From: an uncultured Lentisphaerales bacterium
GTDB taxonomy: Bacteria > Verrucomicrobiota > Lentisphaeria > JABSQK01 > UBA12247
Direction of reading: 5' to 3'
Assembly (NCBI GenBank): GCA_943788985.1
Contig: CALSSJ010000036.1
Span: 64,001-128,000 of the forward strand
Length of the DNA: 64,000 nucleotides
Shown: positions 1 to 13,926 of the stretch, one piece after another
How positions within the stretch are numbered: the stretch's first letter is position 1
Layout: each line of letters begins with the position of its first letter
The notes under the pieces: model-generated
The model's input: the letters and a program-made list of their open reading frames with translations, nothing else
Told to the model about the DNA's origin: nothing
Database searches by the model: none
Made by a program: the position numbers and the translations under genes

Positions 1-1
1 T

Positions 2-259
2 GATCGCCAGAAAGGCGAAGACCAGACAGAGAAAGTCATAGCCGCTGCAGCTGGGCACCACCGTAATCGGACAGTTTGCCGCAGAAATTACCGGGTTTTG
101 TGCGGCATCGCGGTTCAACTCGGCCCCGAGCATTACCGCGGCGACTTTAGCTGCTGGCACTGCCAGCGCGCTTCGCTTCATCTCGTCCTGCCCGATGCCG
201 ACGATTGACAGCGCAATCGCTAATCCAGCGATGAAAATGGTTTCCTGCTTCCGATCCAT
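2..259 (-). CDS. Exosortase/archaeosortase-family protein, N-terminal part (runs off window edge)
   Basis: Not in ORF track; my translation MDRKQETIFIAGLAIALSIVGIG...CPITVVPSCSGYDFLCLVFAFLAI shows an N-terminal TM, the VxxxCSG catalytic-Cys motif and a following TM; GAGGAG RBS upstream of ATG 259. Confidence 0.7.
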   Translation of the reverse strand, partial: MDRKQETIFIAGLAIALSIVGIGQDEMKRSALAVPAAKVAAVMLGAELNRDAAQNPVISAANCPITVVPSCSGYDFLCLVFAFLAI

Positions 260-364
260 TGGGGCTCCTCCACTACTTGTTCGCGTTGACGACAACTATG
301 AGTTCAGAATGCGAGGAAGCTGTGAGCGATTCGCGACCAGACTGTGAAATCAGTGTGAAATCCG

Positions 365-1159
365 TCAGATCGCGATGGGCGCGCGGATGTGCGGATGGGC
401 CTCATAGTTCAGGACCGCAAAGTCCTCGAGTACGTAGTCGTTGATTGACTCTGGTTTACGAATGAACTCGAATTCCGGCAGCTCATAGGGCTGGCGCTGC
501 AGTTGCATGCGCGCTTGGTCAAGGTGGTTCAGGTAGAGATGAACATCCCCGCCGGTCCAGATGAATTCTCCAGGCTCCAAATCGCACTGTTGCGCGATCA
601 TGTGAGTGAGCAGGCTATAACTGGCGATATTAAACGGCAAGCCCAGAAAGGTATCGACCGAGCGTTGATAGAGTTGGCAGGAGAGCCTGCCCTTCGCCAC
701 GTAGAACTGAAACATGACGTGGCAAGGTGCTAAGGCCATCTTTGGCAACTCCCCCACATTCCACGCCGAGACGAGCAGGCGCCGCGAGGTTGGATTGGTC
801 CGAATCCCCTCGATCACCGCATCAATCTGATCCAAGGCATCCCCTGCCGCGGTTTCCCAGGCACGCCATTGCTTCCCGTAGACCGGCCCAAGCTCGCCGT
901 TCTCATCGGCCCACTCATTCCAGATCCGCACGCCGTTTTCCTGCAGATAACGCACATTGGTATCGCCGCGTAGAAACCAGAGCAACTCCACAATCACCGA
1001 GCGCGTGTGAAGCTTCTTGGTTGTCAGTAGAGGAAAGCCCTTGCGCAGGTCAAAGCGTAGTTGTCTGCCAAAGACAGAAAGCGTTCCGGTTCCAGTACGG
1101 TCTTCACGGCGTGCCCCATTCTCGAGGACATCCGCCAGCAGATCTAAGTAAGCGTGCAT
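365..1159 (-). CDS. thyA: Thymidylate synthase
   Basis: [37 protein letters not shown] motifs; 264 aa. Confidence 0.98.
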   Translation of the reverse strand: MHAYLDLLADVLENGARREDRTGTGTLSVFGRQLRFDLRKGFPLLTTKKLHTRSVIVELLWFLRGDTNVRYLQENGVRIWNEWADENGELGPVYGKQWRAWETAAGDALDQIDAVIEGIRTNPTSRRLLVSAWNVGELPKMALAPCHVMFQFYVAKGRLSCQLYQRSVDTFLGLPFNIASYSLLTHMIAQQCDLEPGEFIWTGGDVHLYLNHLDQARMQLQRQPYELPEFEFIRKPESINDYVLEDFAVLNYEAHPHIRAPIAI

Positions 1160-1416
1160 AATTCGCGTTCCTGTTACAGCACATTCGAGGCAATCTAGCC
1201 TTTAATTTCCCGCAGCGCCCGTGGATACCGGTGAATTTTGAAAGAAATTCCGCAAACGCTGAAACCTGCGGGCATCTTCCCGCGTCATTACAGATAGGAG
1301 CCCGAAGGGCGGCCGTACGTCAGATACAAAGCGCCATTGGCGCAATCGTTACTCAAGACGCGCCAACCTCTTCGGGTTCCGGTATTTTCAGCCCAAGCCG
1401 ATGGCAGTTGGACATT

Positions 1417-1688
1417 CTACAGTTCCATCCCGGACACCTTCACCAACACGAAATACTCCGCATCACGAAGCATTTCGGTATTGTCGGCGGGAAGGATGTT
1501 GGGGTACGCAGTGCGCGGAATGCCAAACGATGCGCCATCCGCCGATTCGAGCGAAAGCCGCCCCTCCCGGTCAATGTTTGCCCGCCCGTGAAGGCAGCGC
1601 ATTTTGACCGGGCTATCTGGATCGTTCTCATCAGAAAGCTTCGCGAGCACCGCGCAGAAACGGCGCCCTTCGAGATAGCGAAGATCCA

Positions 1689-1689
<1 letters not shown>
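1417..1689 (-). CDS. Hypothetical protein (90 aa), translationally coupled to carB
   Basis: ATG overlaps carB stop (TAATG); plausible composition; no recognised motif. Confidence 0.7.
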
Positions 1690-4949
<3,260 letters not shown>

Positions 4950-5055
4950 GCCGCCTCAATCTCGTTGGGTGAATGGAAGAGTCCAAGATTGGTCGCGTAC
5001 CATACTCGCAGCGCACCTCTTGGAAACCGTCGAAGGGCTATTTGAGAGCAGCTTT

Positions 5056-6030
5056 TCAGGGCTTGGGATAGCCGTCTGGGTGTGCTTCGCGCCAGTTCCA
5101 GGCAGATTCCACAATGGAAGACAGATCCAGATGGTCCGGTTCCCAGCCTAATTCTTGCCGGACTTTGTCCGCGCCAGCGATCAACGTGGGGATATCTCCT
5201 GGGCGCCGCTCTGCGATTTCCACCGGGACTTCGCGACGGGAAACACGCGCTACCGTGTCGATCACTTCACGCACACTGTGGCCGATTCCTGTCCCTACGT
5301 TGTAGCCGCCACTGCCGCGCGTCAGCGCCAGCATGTGCGCCTTGGCCAGATCCAGAATGTGAATGTAGTCACGCACGCAGGTCCCGTCGGGAGTCGGATA
5401 GTCGTCGCCAAAAATCTTGATGCACGGCCGCAGGCCTCGCGCCGCTTCGATCACGAGCGGAATCAGATGCGTCTCCGGAATGTGATCCTCGCCGAAGGTC
5501 TCGCTGGCACCGGCTGCGTTGAAATAGCGCAGGCAGACGTAGTCGAGCCCGTGAATCTCCTTGTACCAGCGCAGCACGCGCTCAAACATCAGCTTGGATT
5601 CGCCATACGGGCTGATCGGATCCATGGGCATATTTTCGACGATCGGCACGCTCGGGGGTACGCCGTAGATGGCGCAGGTACTCGAGAAAATGATGCGCGA
5701 GACGCCCGCAGCCACAGCGGCTTCCAGCAGGTTCACCCCACACTGCACGTTATTGGTGAAGAACCGGCCGGGAAACTTCATCGACTCGCCCACTTCAATA
5801 AATGCCGCGAAATGCATAATCGCATCCGGCTTCACCTGTTCCAAGGCATCACGAATCTCGTCGAAGTTTGCCAAATCCCCCTTAATAAGGGTCGCGCGCG
5901 AGTCGACTGCCTGCTGGTAGCCGTGGCAGAGATTGTCAAAAACCGTGACCTCATGGCCGTGATTCAACAGATACTCGCAGCAGGAGCTGCCGATATAGCC
6001 GGCACCGCCGGCAACGAATACATTCATCAT
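5056..6030 (-). CDS. galE: UDP-glucose 4-epimerase
   Basis: GGAGYIGS, YGESK (YxxxK), LRYFNAAG, DGTCVRDYIH. Confidence 0.95.
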   Translation of the reverse strand: MMNVFVAGGAGYIGSSCCEYLLNHGHEVTVFDNLCHGYQQAVDSRATLIKGDLANFDEIRDALEQVKPDAIMHFAAFIEVGESMKFPGRFFTNNVQCGVNLLEAAVAAGVSRIIFSSTCAIYGVPPSVPIVENMPMDPISPYGESKLMFERVLRWYKEIHGLDYVCLRYFNAAGASETFGEDHIPETHLIPLVIEAARGLRPCIKIFGDDYPTPDGTCVRDYIHILDLAKAHMLALTRGSGGYNVGTGIGHSVREVIDTVARVSRREVPVEIAERRPGDIPTLIAGADKVRQELGWEPDHLDLSSIVESAWNWREAHPDGYPKP

Positions 6031-6036
6031 TTTTCC

Positions 6037-7356
6037 TTATGATCCTGGAGAATAAGTCCGGTCTAACGGTCGATGCGTAAAGCTGCGCACACCGCTTTCA
6101 AAGTCATCCACCGTATGTCCATCACCGAGCAGGACGTACTTATAACTGCACAACCCCTCCAGACCGACCGGCCCGCGGCTATGTAGGCGATTGGTGCTGA
6201 TCCCGACCTCTGCCCCCAGCCCATAGCGGAACCCATCCGCAAAACGCGTGCTGGCATTGTGCACCACAGACGACGAGTCGACCGCCGCGATGAAGGCAGC
6301 AGCCTGAGCCGCGTTCTCAGTCACAATCGCATCGGTGTGGTGACTCCCGTACTCATTGATATGATCCACGGCTTCAGCCATGCCAGCCACGACCCGGATT
6401 GCGACCACATAGTCCAGATACTCCGCTCGCCAGTCATCTTCGACAGCCGGAGTAATCGCAATTCCGCCAGCCAACGCCTGAATCTCCACATCCCCACGAA
6501 TCTCGACGCCTGCATCGTCCAGTGCGCGGAGTAACTTCGGGCCAATCTCAGCCAACGCAGCGCGGTCGATTAGAATGGTTTCTGCGGCATTACAGACCGA
6601 GACGTACTGGGTCTTCGCATCCACACAAATTCTTACAGATTTGTCAGCATCCGCTTCAGTCTCCACAAAAACGTGACAGATTCCGTCGGCATGCCCCATG
6701 ACCGCAATATTGGTATTTTCCATGATGTAACGGACGAACTCATTGGATCCGCGCGGGATGATCAGGTCTATATCGCGATCCAGGCCCAAGATCGCGGATA
6801 CATCTTCGCGCGTCTCTAATAACACGAGCCAGCCCTCGGGTGCTCCCGCGGCTACGGCCGCGTCATGCATGACCGTGGCCAAGGCCCGGTTGGACTCGAT
6901 CGCTTCACGCCCACCTTTGAGTAAGACGGCGTTGCCGGATTTCAGGCAAAGCGCAGCGATCTGCACCAAGGCATCCGGGCGAGACTCGAAGATCACGCCA
7001 ATCACGCCGATCGGCACGGATACCCGAAACAAATCAAGCTGGTCCGCCAACTCAGTCGCGCATTCGGTCTTTCCCAAAGGGTCGGCCTGCCGGGCCACAC
7101 TGCGGATCATGCTCACCACATCGTCATACTTTCCGGCCAAATCCAGCCTCTTCAGCAGCGGCGCATCCAGTTCCCCGCCATCTACGGCTCGCTTCGCGTT
7201 CTGCACGTCTTCACAGTTCGCCCGCAGGACCGCGTCCTGCTGCGCCTCTAACGCCTGCGCCATGGCCTCCATGGCCGCGCTGCGCTGGTCGTGCGATTGG
7301 GTGGCGAGAATACGTGCGGCTCTCCGCGCACCTGCTGCCTGCTCCGCGATTGTCAT
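6037..7356 (-). CDS. proA: Gamma-glutamyl phosphate reductase
   Basis: GVIFESRPD, IIPRGS, CNAAET, NASTRFADG, LHSRGPVGL. Confidence 0.97.
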   Translation of the reverse strand: MTIAEQAAGARRAARILATQSHDQRSAAMEAMAQALEAQQDAVLRANCEDVQNAKRAVDGGELDAPLLKRLDLAGKYDDVVSMIRSVARQADPLGKTECATELADQLDLFRVSVPIGVIGVIFESRPDALVQIAALCLKSGNAVLLKGGREAIESNRALATVMHDAAVAAGAPEGWLVLLETREDVSAILGLDRDIDLIIPRGSNEFVRYIMENTNIAVMGHADGICHVFVETEADADKSVRICVDAKTQYVSVCNAAETILIDRAALAEIGPKLLRALDDAGVEIRGDVEIQALAGGIAITPAVEDDWRAEYLDYVVAIRVVAGMAEAVDHINEYGSHHTDAIVTENAAQAAAFIAAVDSSSVVHNASTRFADGFRYGLGAEVGISTNRLHSRGPVGLEGLCSYKYVLLGDGHTVDDFESGVRSFTHRPLDRTYSPGS

Positions 7357-7582
7357 CGCCTTCTCCGTGGGGTGAAAAAGCCAATAAGATCGTGGCTGCG
7401 TTGGCCATTGCCAACCTCAGACCTGGCAAAGCCGAGATTCAGCCCTGGCTTCATCCCAAGCACCTCAGAGGCCCCGAGAGCCAGACCACGACATTATTGT
7501 CGCAAATCCGGGACCTACTGAACCCGTCACACACACATACCTCACTCCTCCACAACACTTTACGCACATAAATAGGAACCTC

Positions 7583-7598
7583 TGGCACGGTTCATGCT
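7583..7598 (+). promoter_or_regulatory. Sigma-54 (-24/-12) promoter of amtB-glnK
   Basis: TGGCACGGTTCATGCT matches TGGCACG-N4-TTGCW with one mismatch, ~110 bp upstream of amtB. Confidence 0.8.
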
Positions 7599-7706
7599 AA
7601 CCATTCGCAACACCTCGGATACAAACTTCGGCAAAGGAGACCACAGCCCCGTATATCCCGTCACTCATTCGCGATTCACTAGACACAACAACTGAGGAAC
7701 ACAAAA

Positions 7707-9116
7707 ATGAAATTTAATCGATGGATCACCGTAACCGCGCTCTTCTGCCTGCTGGCAGGAGCAGCCCTAGCCCAGGAAGCCCCTCCAGCAGTCGACGCCG
7801 CTGTGGCTGCTGTCGAAGGACTCTCCGAAGAAGCCCAAGGTCTCGCAGACTTTGCCACACGAAAGACGGAGGCCGAAGCACAACTCGTCACTCGTGGCGA
7901 GTTTGTCGCCAATAACGTGTGGATGATGGTCTGCGCGGCGTTGGTCTTCATTATGCACCTTGGCTTCTCCTGCCTCGAGACGGGACTGACCCGCGCCAAG
8001 AACACCACCAACATTTTGTTCAAGAACGTCTGTATCGTGGCGATTGGCATCCTGACCTACGCCCTGATCGGCTTTAACCTGATGTACCCGGGTGGAGATT
8101 CAGCTGGGGCTTGGTTTGGCTTCGCCGGCTTCTTTCTCGACACGGCCAATGCGGATGTCACAGCCGGCTACTACAATGGTGCCTACACGTACTGGACGGA
8201 CTTCCTGTTCCAGGCCATGTTCGCGGCCACCGCTGCCACAATCATCTCCGGTGCAGTCGCTGAGCGCGTGAAGCTCTCGACCTTCCTAATCTTCACCACC
8301 CTTTACGTTGCGATCTGCTACCCGATCGTCGGCATGTGGAAGTGGGGCGGCGGCTGGCTCGATGCGGCTGGGTTCTATGACTTTGCTGGTTCCACCATTG
8401 TCCACTCAGTCGGCGGCTGGGGCGCTCTCGTCTGCGCGTGGATGCTCGGACCTCGTATCGGCAAGTACGTCGGTGGCCAAAGCCGTCCGATCATGGGCCA
8501 TAACCTCCCGCTCGCTACCATCGGCATGTTCCTGCTGTGGCTCGGTTGGTTCGGTTTCAACGGCGGTTCCGTGCTATCCGCCGAGCCCGGTGCTACTTCG
8601 CTGGTCCTCGTGACTACCTCGCTCGCTGCTGCTGCTGGTGTCGTATCCGCGATGGTTGCTTCGTGGATCGTTCAGAAGACTCCCGATCTGACCATGATCC
8701 TCAACGGCGCGCTTGCTGGCCTCGTCGGCGTCACCGCCGGTGCGGACCAAGTCAGCCCGACCGCGGCCATCATCATCGGTCTTGTCTCGGGTGTCCTGGT
8801 CTTCTTCTCGGTTTTGGGCATTGATCGCATTCTGAAGATCGACGATCCGGTCGGTGCAATCTCCGTGCATCTCGTCTGCGGGATGTGGGGCACACTTGCT
8901 GTCGGCATATTCAACAGCAACTTCAGTGTCTTCACCCAGTTGAAGGGCATTATTGCAACTGCCGTATTCTGCGTCACTTTCTCAGTCATCGTCTTCGGCC
9001 TGCTCAAAATTCTGATCGGCATTCGCGTCAGCGAAAAAGAAGAACTTCGCGGTCTGGACATTAGCGAGCACGCCATGGAATCGTATGGCGGCTTCCAGAT
9101 CTTCACCACGCAATAG
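7707..9116 (+). CDS. amtB: Ammonium transporter
   Basis: [37 protein letters not shown]-terminal signal peptide. Confidence 0.97.
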   Translation: MKFNRWITVTALFCLLAGAALAQEAPPAVDAAVAAVEGLSEEAQGLADFATRKTEAEAQLVTRGEFVANNVWMMVCAALVFIMHLGFSCLETGLTRAKNTTNILFKNVCIVAIGILTYALIGFNLMYPGGDSAGAWFGFAGFFLDTANADVTAGYYNGAYTYWTDFLFQAMFAATAATIISGAVAERVKLSTFLIFTTLYVAICYPIVGMWKWGGGWLDAAGFYDFAGSTIVHSVGGWGALVCAWMLGPRIGKYVGGQSRPIMGHNLPLATIGMFLLWLGWFGFNGGSVLSAEPGATSLVLVTTSLAAAAGVVSAMVASWIVQKTPDLTMILNGALAGLVGVTAGADQVSPTAAIIIGLVSGVLVFFSVLGIDRILKIDDPVGAISVHLVCGMWGTLAVGIFNSNFSVFTQLKGIIATAVFCVTFSVIVFGLLKILIGIRVSEKEELRGLDISEHAMESYGGFQIFTTQ

Positions 9117-9136
9117 GTTCAGAAGGAATATCAATC

Positions 9137-9478
9137 ATGAAACTGATTATTGCATTCGTTCAACCAGAACGCACCAATGCTGTCAAGCAGGCGTTGCATG
9201 ACGCCGGCATCACCAAAATGAGTGTCAATAGTTCCCTCGGCTGCGGCCAGCAGATGGGCTTTGAAGAGCACTACCGCGGGAACAAAGTGGAGATCAACCT
9301 GCTGAAGAAGGCACGGTTCGAAGTCGGCGTCAACGAAGAATTCGTGGACAAAGCAGTCGAAGCCATCGTCTCTGGCGCCAAGACTGGCCAGATCGGCGAC
9401 GGCAAGATCTTCGTCCTCCCCGTCGAGCAATGCATCCGCATTCGCACCGGCGAGACCGGAGGTGACGCCGTCGGCTGA
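9137..9478 (+). CDS. glnK: P-II nitrogen regulator
   Basis: T-loop EHYRG and [11 protein letters not shown]...IRIRTGE; follows amtB. Confidence 0.93.
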   Translation: MKLIIAFVQPERTNAVKQALHDAGITKMSVNSSLGCGQQMGFEEHYRGNKVEINLLKKARFEVGVNEEFVDKAVEAIVSGAKTGQIGDGKIFVLPVEQCIRIRTGETGGDAVG

Positions 9479-9498
9479 TCTCCCTGTCATGACGACAC

Positions 9499-9536
9499 AA
9501 AGGCGGTGCTGCCACCAGGGCGGCACCGCCTTTTTT
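9499..9536 (+). terminator. Rho-independent terminator of amtB-glnK
   Basis: AGGCGGTGCTGCC-accag-GGCGGCACCGCC-TTTTTT. Confidence 0.9.
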
Positions 9537-9555
9537 CGTGTTAGCGGGGGAAGTC

Positions 9556-9672
9556 TTTGAATGTCCAACAGCAAACATGGAATTTTCAAGGTCCAAGTCC
9601 GGCAAAACGTGCGCGACGGCCTCCGCCTTCATTTGGCAATTAGAAATTCCCTGTTGGCTGTTGGATATTGAA
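9556..9672. repeat. Palindromic REP/MITE-like element, copy 1
   Basis: ~29-bp imperfect terminal inverted repeats (TTGAATGTCCAACAGCAAACATGGAATTT / AAATTCCCTGTTGGCTGTTGGATATTGAA); homologous to 22312-22445 in inverted orientation. Confidence 0.85.
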
Positions 9673-9764
9673 GTCGTCCAATTCTCAGTTCAAAATTCAC
9701 CGAGCGGCAGTACTGTCTCTAGCTCCGCGGATTACCGCTCAACAGCAAACGGAACAGAAACACC

Positions 9765-11024
9765 ATGAGTTTCGCGCACAGCCAACACGAAGCACTCTTC
9801 GCCCTCGAACAGGACGGGTACTTCGGCCGCTTCGGCGGTTCCTTCATTCCGGAAATCTTGCACTCCACTCTCGAAGAGCTCAAGCAAGCCTTCGTCAATG
9901 TCTGCCTGCAGCCGGAATTTTGGCGGGACTACGTGGAAATCATGCAGACCTATTCCTGCCGCCCTACCCCCATCACCCACCTGGCGAATCTCAGCAAGGT
10001 GGTCGGCGGCGCCCAGATCTACATGAAGCGCGAAGACCTGAACCACACAGGCGCTCACAAAGCGAACAACGTCATGGGCCAGGGGCTGCTCGTCCAGCGC
10101 ATGGGCAAGAAGCGCGTGATTGCCGAGACCGGCGCCGGTCAGCACGGCGTCGCCACAGCCACCATGGCTGCACGCATGGGCTTCGACTGCACCATCTATA
10201 TGGGGGCTGTCGACGTCGAACGCCAACGTCCCAACGTGTTCTGGATGGAACAGATGGGCGCCGAAGTCATCCCTGTCACCGACGGCACCGCCACCCTCAA
10301 AGACGCCATCAACGAGGCCTTTCGTGACTGGGCAAACTCCATGGATGAGACCCACTACGCGCTTGGCACAGCCTGCGGTCCCCACCCCTTCCCCCTCATG
10401 GTCTCCTACTTTCAGAGCATCACCGGCATCGAAGCGCGCGAGCAAATTCTGAAGCAAGCCGGCAAGCTCCCGGACCGCATCTTTGCCTGTGTCGGCGGCG
10501 GCTCCAATGCCATGGGCATCTTCAGTGGTTTCCTCAACGATGAAGCCGTAGAACTCGTCGGCATTGAAGCTGGCGGCGATGGCCTCGACACCGAGCGCCA
10601 TGCCTCGCGCCTCACTGATTCTGGCAGCTCCACCGGCGTCGCGCAAGGCTACAAAACCTACTTCTTGCAGAACGACGAAGGCCAGATGCGCGAGACCCAC
10701 TCCGTCGCCGCTGGCCTCGACTACATCGGCGTCAGCCCCATCCTCTCACACCTGCACGACGTCAACCGTGCCCGCTTTGAGGCCGCCACCGATTCCGAAG
10801 TCGTCGACGCCCTGCGCATGCTCATGCGTCATGAAGGCATCATCGCCGCGCTTGAAAGCGCCCACGCCGTCGCCGGAGCCCTCCGCGAAGCCGCAACCAT
10901 GAAACCCGACGAAGTCATTCTCATCAACCTCTCCGGCCGGGGCGACAAAGACATCTTCACCATTGCCGATGCACTTGGCGACGAACGCTGGCAACAATTT
11001 CTCAAGGAGCGCGCGAACCAATGA
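9765..11024 (+). CDS. trpB: Tryptophan synthase beta chain
   Basis: KREDLNHTGAHK (PLP Lys), AETGAGQHG, CVGGGSNA, NLSGRGDKD. Confidence 0.97.
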   Translation: MSFAHSQHEALFALEQDGYFGRFGGSFIPEILHSTLEELKQAFVNVCLQPEFWRDYVEIMQTYSCRPTPITHLANLSKVVGGAQIYMKREDLNHTGAHKANNVMGQGLLVQRMGKKRVIAETGAGQHGVATATMAARMGFDCTIYMGAVDVERQRPNVFWMEQMGAEVIPVTDGTATLKDAINEAFRDWANSMDETHYALGTACGPHPFPLMVSYFQSITGIEAREQILKQAGKLPDRIFACVGGGSNAMGIFSGFLNDEAVELVGIEAGGDGLDTERHASRLTDSGSSTGVAQGYKTYFLQNDEGQMRETHSVAAGLDYIGVSPILSHLHDVNRARFEAATDSEVVDALRMLMRHEGIIAALESAHAVAGALREAATMKPDEVILINLSGRGDKDIFTIADALGDERWQQFLKERANQ

Positions 11025-11809
11025 ATTCGCTCACCAAGACCATTCGGCAGCGTCTGGAAGACCGCAAGATTCTGCTCATGACTCACCTCATCGTCGGTTA
11101 CCCGTCGCTAGATGTAAACCGGCGCATGCTCCAGATCATGGCAGAGCACGACGTGGACCTGATCGAGCTCCAATGCCCCTTCAGCGAGCCCATGGCTGAC
11201 GGCCCCACCTTCGTCCACGCTAACGAAAAGGCCCTCGCCAACGGCGTCACCCTCCCAGTCTACCTCGACTTCTTCCAAGAAGCCGTCCAGACCAGTTCAG
11301 CCCCGTTGCTGATGATGGGCTACTACAACACAGCCTTTCGCCTCGGTCACGAAGCATTCTGTCAAAGCATTGCCGCAGTCGGCGGCCAGGGCTTCATTCT
11401 CCCCGACCTGCCGATCGACGAATACCATGGCCTGGAAAAGCTCGCTGCGGACTCCGCACTTTCCCCCATCCAGCTCGTCACGCCCACCAGCTCAGTGGAG
11501 CGACTCAACCAAATCGCAGAATTGGCCAGTGGTTTCGTCTACGCCGTCGCCCGCAAGGGCGTCACCGGTGCCCGCACCGAAGTCGCCGTCGACGACGGCC
11601 TCGACGACTTCCTCGCTCGCTGCCGTGCCGCCACCGACCTGCCCCTCGCGCTCGGCTTCGGACTGCGCGAGCCCGATGACCTGCGTCGCCTCCACGGCCG
11701 CGCGGACATCGCCATCGTCGGCTCGGCTCTGCTGAACAGCTGGGAACAGCACGGCGAAGCCGGTTTTCGTGAGCTAATCGCTGGACTAGCCGCAGCCCGC
11801 TACAGCTGA
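11021..11809 (+). CDS. trpA: Tryptophan synthase alpha chain
   Basis: IELQCPFSEPMADGP, ILPDLP, ARKGVTG, LGFG; ATGA overlap with trpB. Confidence 0.95.
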   Translation: MNSLTKTIRQRLEDRKILLMTHLIVGYPSLDVNRRMLQIMAEHDVDLIELQCPFSEPMADGPTFVHANEKALANGVTLPVYLDFFQEAVQTSSAPLLMMGYYNTAFRLGHEAFCQSIAAVGGQGFILPDLPIDEYHGLEKLAADSALSPIQLVTPTSSVERLNQIAELASGFVYAVARKGVTGARTEVAVDDGLDDFLARCRAATDLPLALGFGLREPDDLRRLHGRADIAIVGSALLNSWEQHGEAGFRELIAGLAAARYS

Positions 11810-11816
11810 TTCAGCC

Positions 11817-12491
11817 ATGTATCTCGCCGCCCTAGACACCAGCGCCGCCCGTGGCTCCTTCGCCATCCTGCGCGAAGACGCCAGCGTAGTTGCGGCCGTC
11901 AACGAGCTAGAGACTGGCCGCCGCTCCGCCGGCCTCTTCTCCGCCGTCATGTCTTGCTGCGAGCAAGCCGGCTTCCACCCGAACGACATTCGGGCCTGGC
12001 GCGTCGGCATGGGGCCCGGCAGCTTCACCGGCATCCGGGCCGGCGCTGCACTCGTGCTCGGCATCGCCTATGGCAGCGGGGCCACCGTCCGGGGGGCACC
12101 CAGCGCCTCCGCCCTGCTGCAGGCCGCCGCTCTGCCTGCGCAGACCGACCGCGCCTTCGGCCTTTTCGACGGCCGTCGTGGCGAAACCCTCGTCTCCCCG
12201 TGCGTCCGCCAAGACACTGGCTGGGCCCTCGCCGAACCACCCTACGCCAAAAAGATCTCCGAGCTCGATCCCACCGCAACCTACGTCGTCCTCGAGCAGG
12301 ACCCCATTGTCGCCGACGTGCAAGCAAGCGTAGGCGACTCTGCTATCATCGTCGACCATCTTGCCGTGCAGGCCTTCTGGGGCACCGATGCTCAGCGCCT
12401 CGACGGCGAAGACGAACTCGTCCCGCTCTACGTGCGCCCATCGGTCTTCGTCCGGCCCAAGACGCCGCGCTTCCAACGAGCCAGCGCGTGA
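11817..12491 (+). CDS. tsaB: tRNA threonylcarbamoyladenosine biosynthesis protein TsaB
   Basis: AALDTS, GMGPGSFTGIR, DGRRGE, PLYVRP. Confidence 0.9.
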   Translation: MYLAALDTSAARGSFAILREDASVVAAVNELETGRRSAGLFSAVMSCCEQAGFHPNDIRAWRVGMGPGSFTGIRAGAALVLGIAYGSGATVRGAPSASALLQAAALPAQTDRAFGLFDGRRGETLVSPCVRQDTGWALAEPPYAKKISELDPTATYVVLEQDPIVADVQASVGDSAIIVDHLAVQAFWGTDAQRLDGEDELVPLYVRPSVFVRPKTPRFQRASA

Positions 12492-13054
12492 ACATCTGCA
12501 TGACCCCGTTTGCCGAGCGCCAGTACCGCCCGGATTTCGGCGGCACCTGCCTCAAGCCCGAATGGGTTCAGGACATGATCCAGCGTGCGGAGTCCGCCAC
12601 CGACATCCGGCCCGGCTACGCAGACTTCAACAAAATCATCGTTCTCGACAACCGGGACCAGCGCTATCCCCTGCGCTTGCGCGTCATTCCCCGCGCTGCG
12701 GCCATTGCCCAAAGCGCCACCTTTCACACCGCCTACGAGGCCCGTCGCCCCGAAGAGTTGCCCGTCCTCGCCGAGTGGGTCACCGGTGTCAATGGCGACG
12801 TCGCGCCATACGTCCACCTCATCGTCTACAGCCGCGCCCAACTCGAGCTTGAGGACGAGCCAGTCACCGCCGATTGGGGAATCGTCTCGATCAACGCCGG
12901 AGCTGCTGCAGCTGCCGAGCCCATGCGCCCCATCACCATGATGCGCAACGCCCTGGGCGTCGCCTTTGGCGGCAGCGGCCATGACATCGACGTAGCCGCC
13001 TACCGCGCGAGTGCGGCCTATTGGACCGAGCATATCATGATTCGCGAGCCATGA
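12488..13054 (+). CDS. DUF3228 family protein
   Basis: GTG overlapping tsaB stop gives MNICMTPFAER...; GYADF, YEARRPEELPVL, YSRAQL, DWGIV, PMRPITMMRNALG...GGSG match my recollection of DUF3228. Confidence 0.85.
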   Translation: MNICMTPFAERQYRPDFGGTCLKPEWVQDMIQRAESATDIRPGYADFNKIIVLDNRDQRYPLRLRVIPRAAAIAQSATFHTAYEARRPEELPVLAEWVTGVNGDVAPYVHLIVYSRAQLELEDEPVTADWGIVSINAGAAAAAEPMRPITMMRNALGVAFGGSGHDIDVAAYRASAAYWTEHIMIREP

Positions 13055-13716
13055 AGCATGCCACCACCATTCTGATGCTGCTCTTTGCAGCCCTAGCAGT
13101 CTGGCAAACCCTCGAGATTTCCCACCTTCGCCAAGACCTGGCCGCCGCCCTCACGCTGCCCACGGCTTCCCCGGTATTGTCCCAGCCAGCGCCCTCCCGG
13201 CCCATCCCTCCCGCCAGAATTCCAGCCGAGGCCTCCGCGCTCGCCAGCAGTCCCCTCCCCATCCCGACTGCGCAGTCGGACGTTGCGAACTCCGCAAAAC
13301 TCCCTGAGTTCTCGCTGCTCTTCGAGCTTCTCGAGCTCAGCCCCGCTGAAGCCGCGGCGACCACCGCAGCCCTGCACGCCCGCGGCCAAGGCACCCGCCA
13401 GCGCCCGTCTGGGGTCATCGATGCCCGCAACGGCCAAGCCAACCACGACGGGCTCAAAGCCGCACTCGGCGAGAAATACCCACTGTTCAAGCAGTACGAG
13501 CCGATGCTTCACGAGCTCGAGGTCGTGGCCCGCCTCCACCAGCAGCTGACCGAAATGGAACTTCCCCTCGACCGCCAGCAGTGGATCTCCCTCGCAGGCA
13601 TCCTCCACGACATTGGCCTGCGTGGTACCACCGCCACTCTCCAGGAAGCCGCAGCAAACGTCCTCGATCCCAAGCAGCAGCAAGCTTTCAACGCCTGGCT
13701 GCGCGCCCGCGATTAG
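13051..13716 (+). CDS. Hypothetical membrane-anchored protein
   Basis: ATGA overlap with upstream stop; N-terminal TM, Pro-rich linker, helical C-terminus. Confidence 0.7.
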   Translation: MKHATTILMLLFAALAVWQTLEISHLRQDLAAALTLPTASPVLSQPAPSRPIPPARIPAEASALASSPLPIPTAQSDVANSAKLPEFSLLFELLELSPAEAAATTAALHARGQGTRQRPSGVIDARNGQANHDGLKAALGEKYPLFKQYEPMLHELEVVARLHQQLTEMELPLDRQQWISLAGILHDIGLRGTTATLQEAAANVLDPKQQQAFNAWLRARD

Positions 13717-13901
13717 AACGACTGGGCGTATCGAATCCACAGAAGTTCCAAAAAGATCGACTCGTCCATCAGCATCGTCTCCCGCGCGCTGTCCTTGCTG
13801 CGCGCCAAAGACGGCAACAGCATCGCGGCCAGAATCGCGATGATCGTAATGACAACGAGAAATTCGATCAGCGTAAAGTGAGGGCGGGACTCAGGAGCCA
13901 C
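13713..13901 (-). pseudogene. Prepilin-type N-terminal methylation domain remnant
   Basis: HFTLIEFLVVITIIAILAAMLLPSLARSKDSAR, then a stop after ~20 more codons. Confidence 0.75.
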
Positions 13902-13920
13902 GCGGGCGCGGCTCCTGAGT
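13889..13920 (-). terminator. Hairpin downstream of xylA (no clear U-tract)
   Basis: Perfect 11-bp stem ACTCAGGAGCC/GGCTCCTGAGT directly after xylA stop. Confidence 0.5.
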
Positions 13921-13926
13921 GGGGAC

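Noticed and set aside
7620..7660. ANTAR-type RNA hairpin (GGCAAAGGAGAC) in the amtB leader
   Set aside because: Stem is mismatched, and no second hairpin or terminator is present
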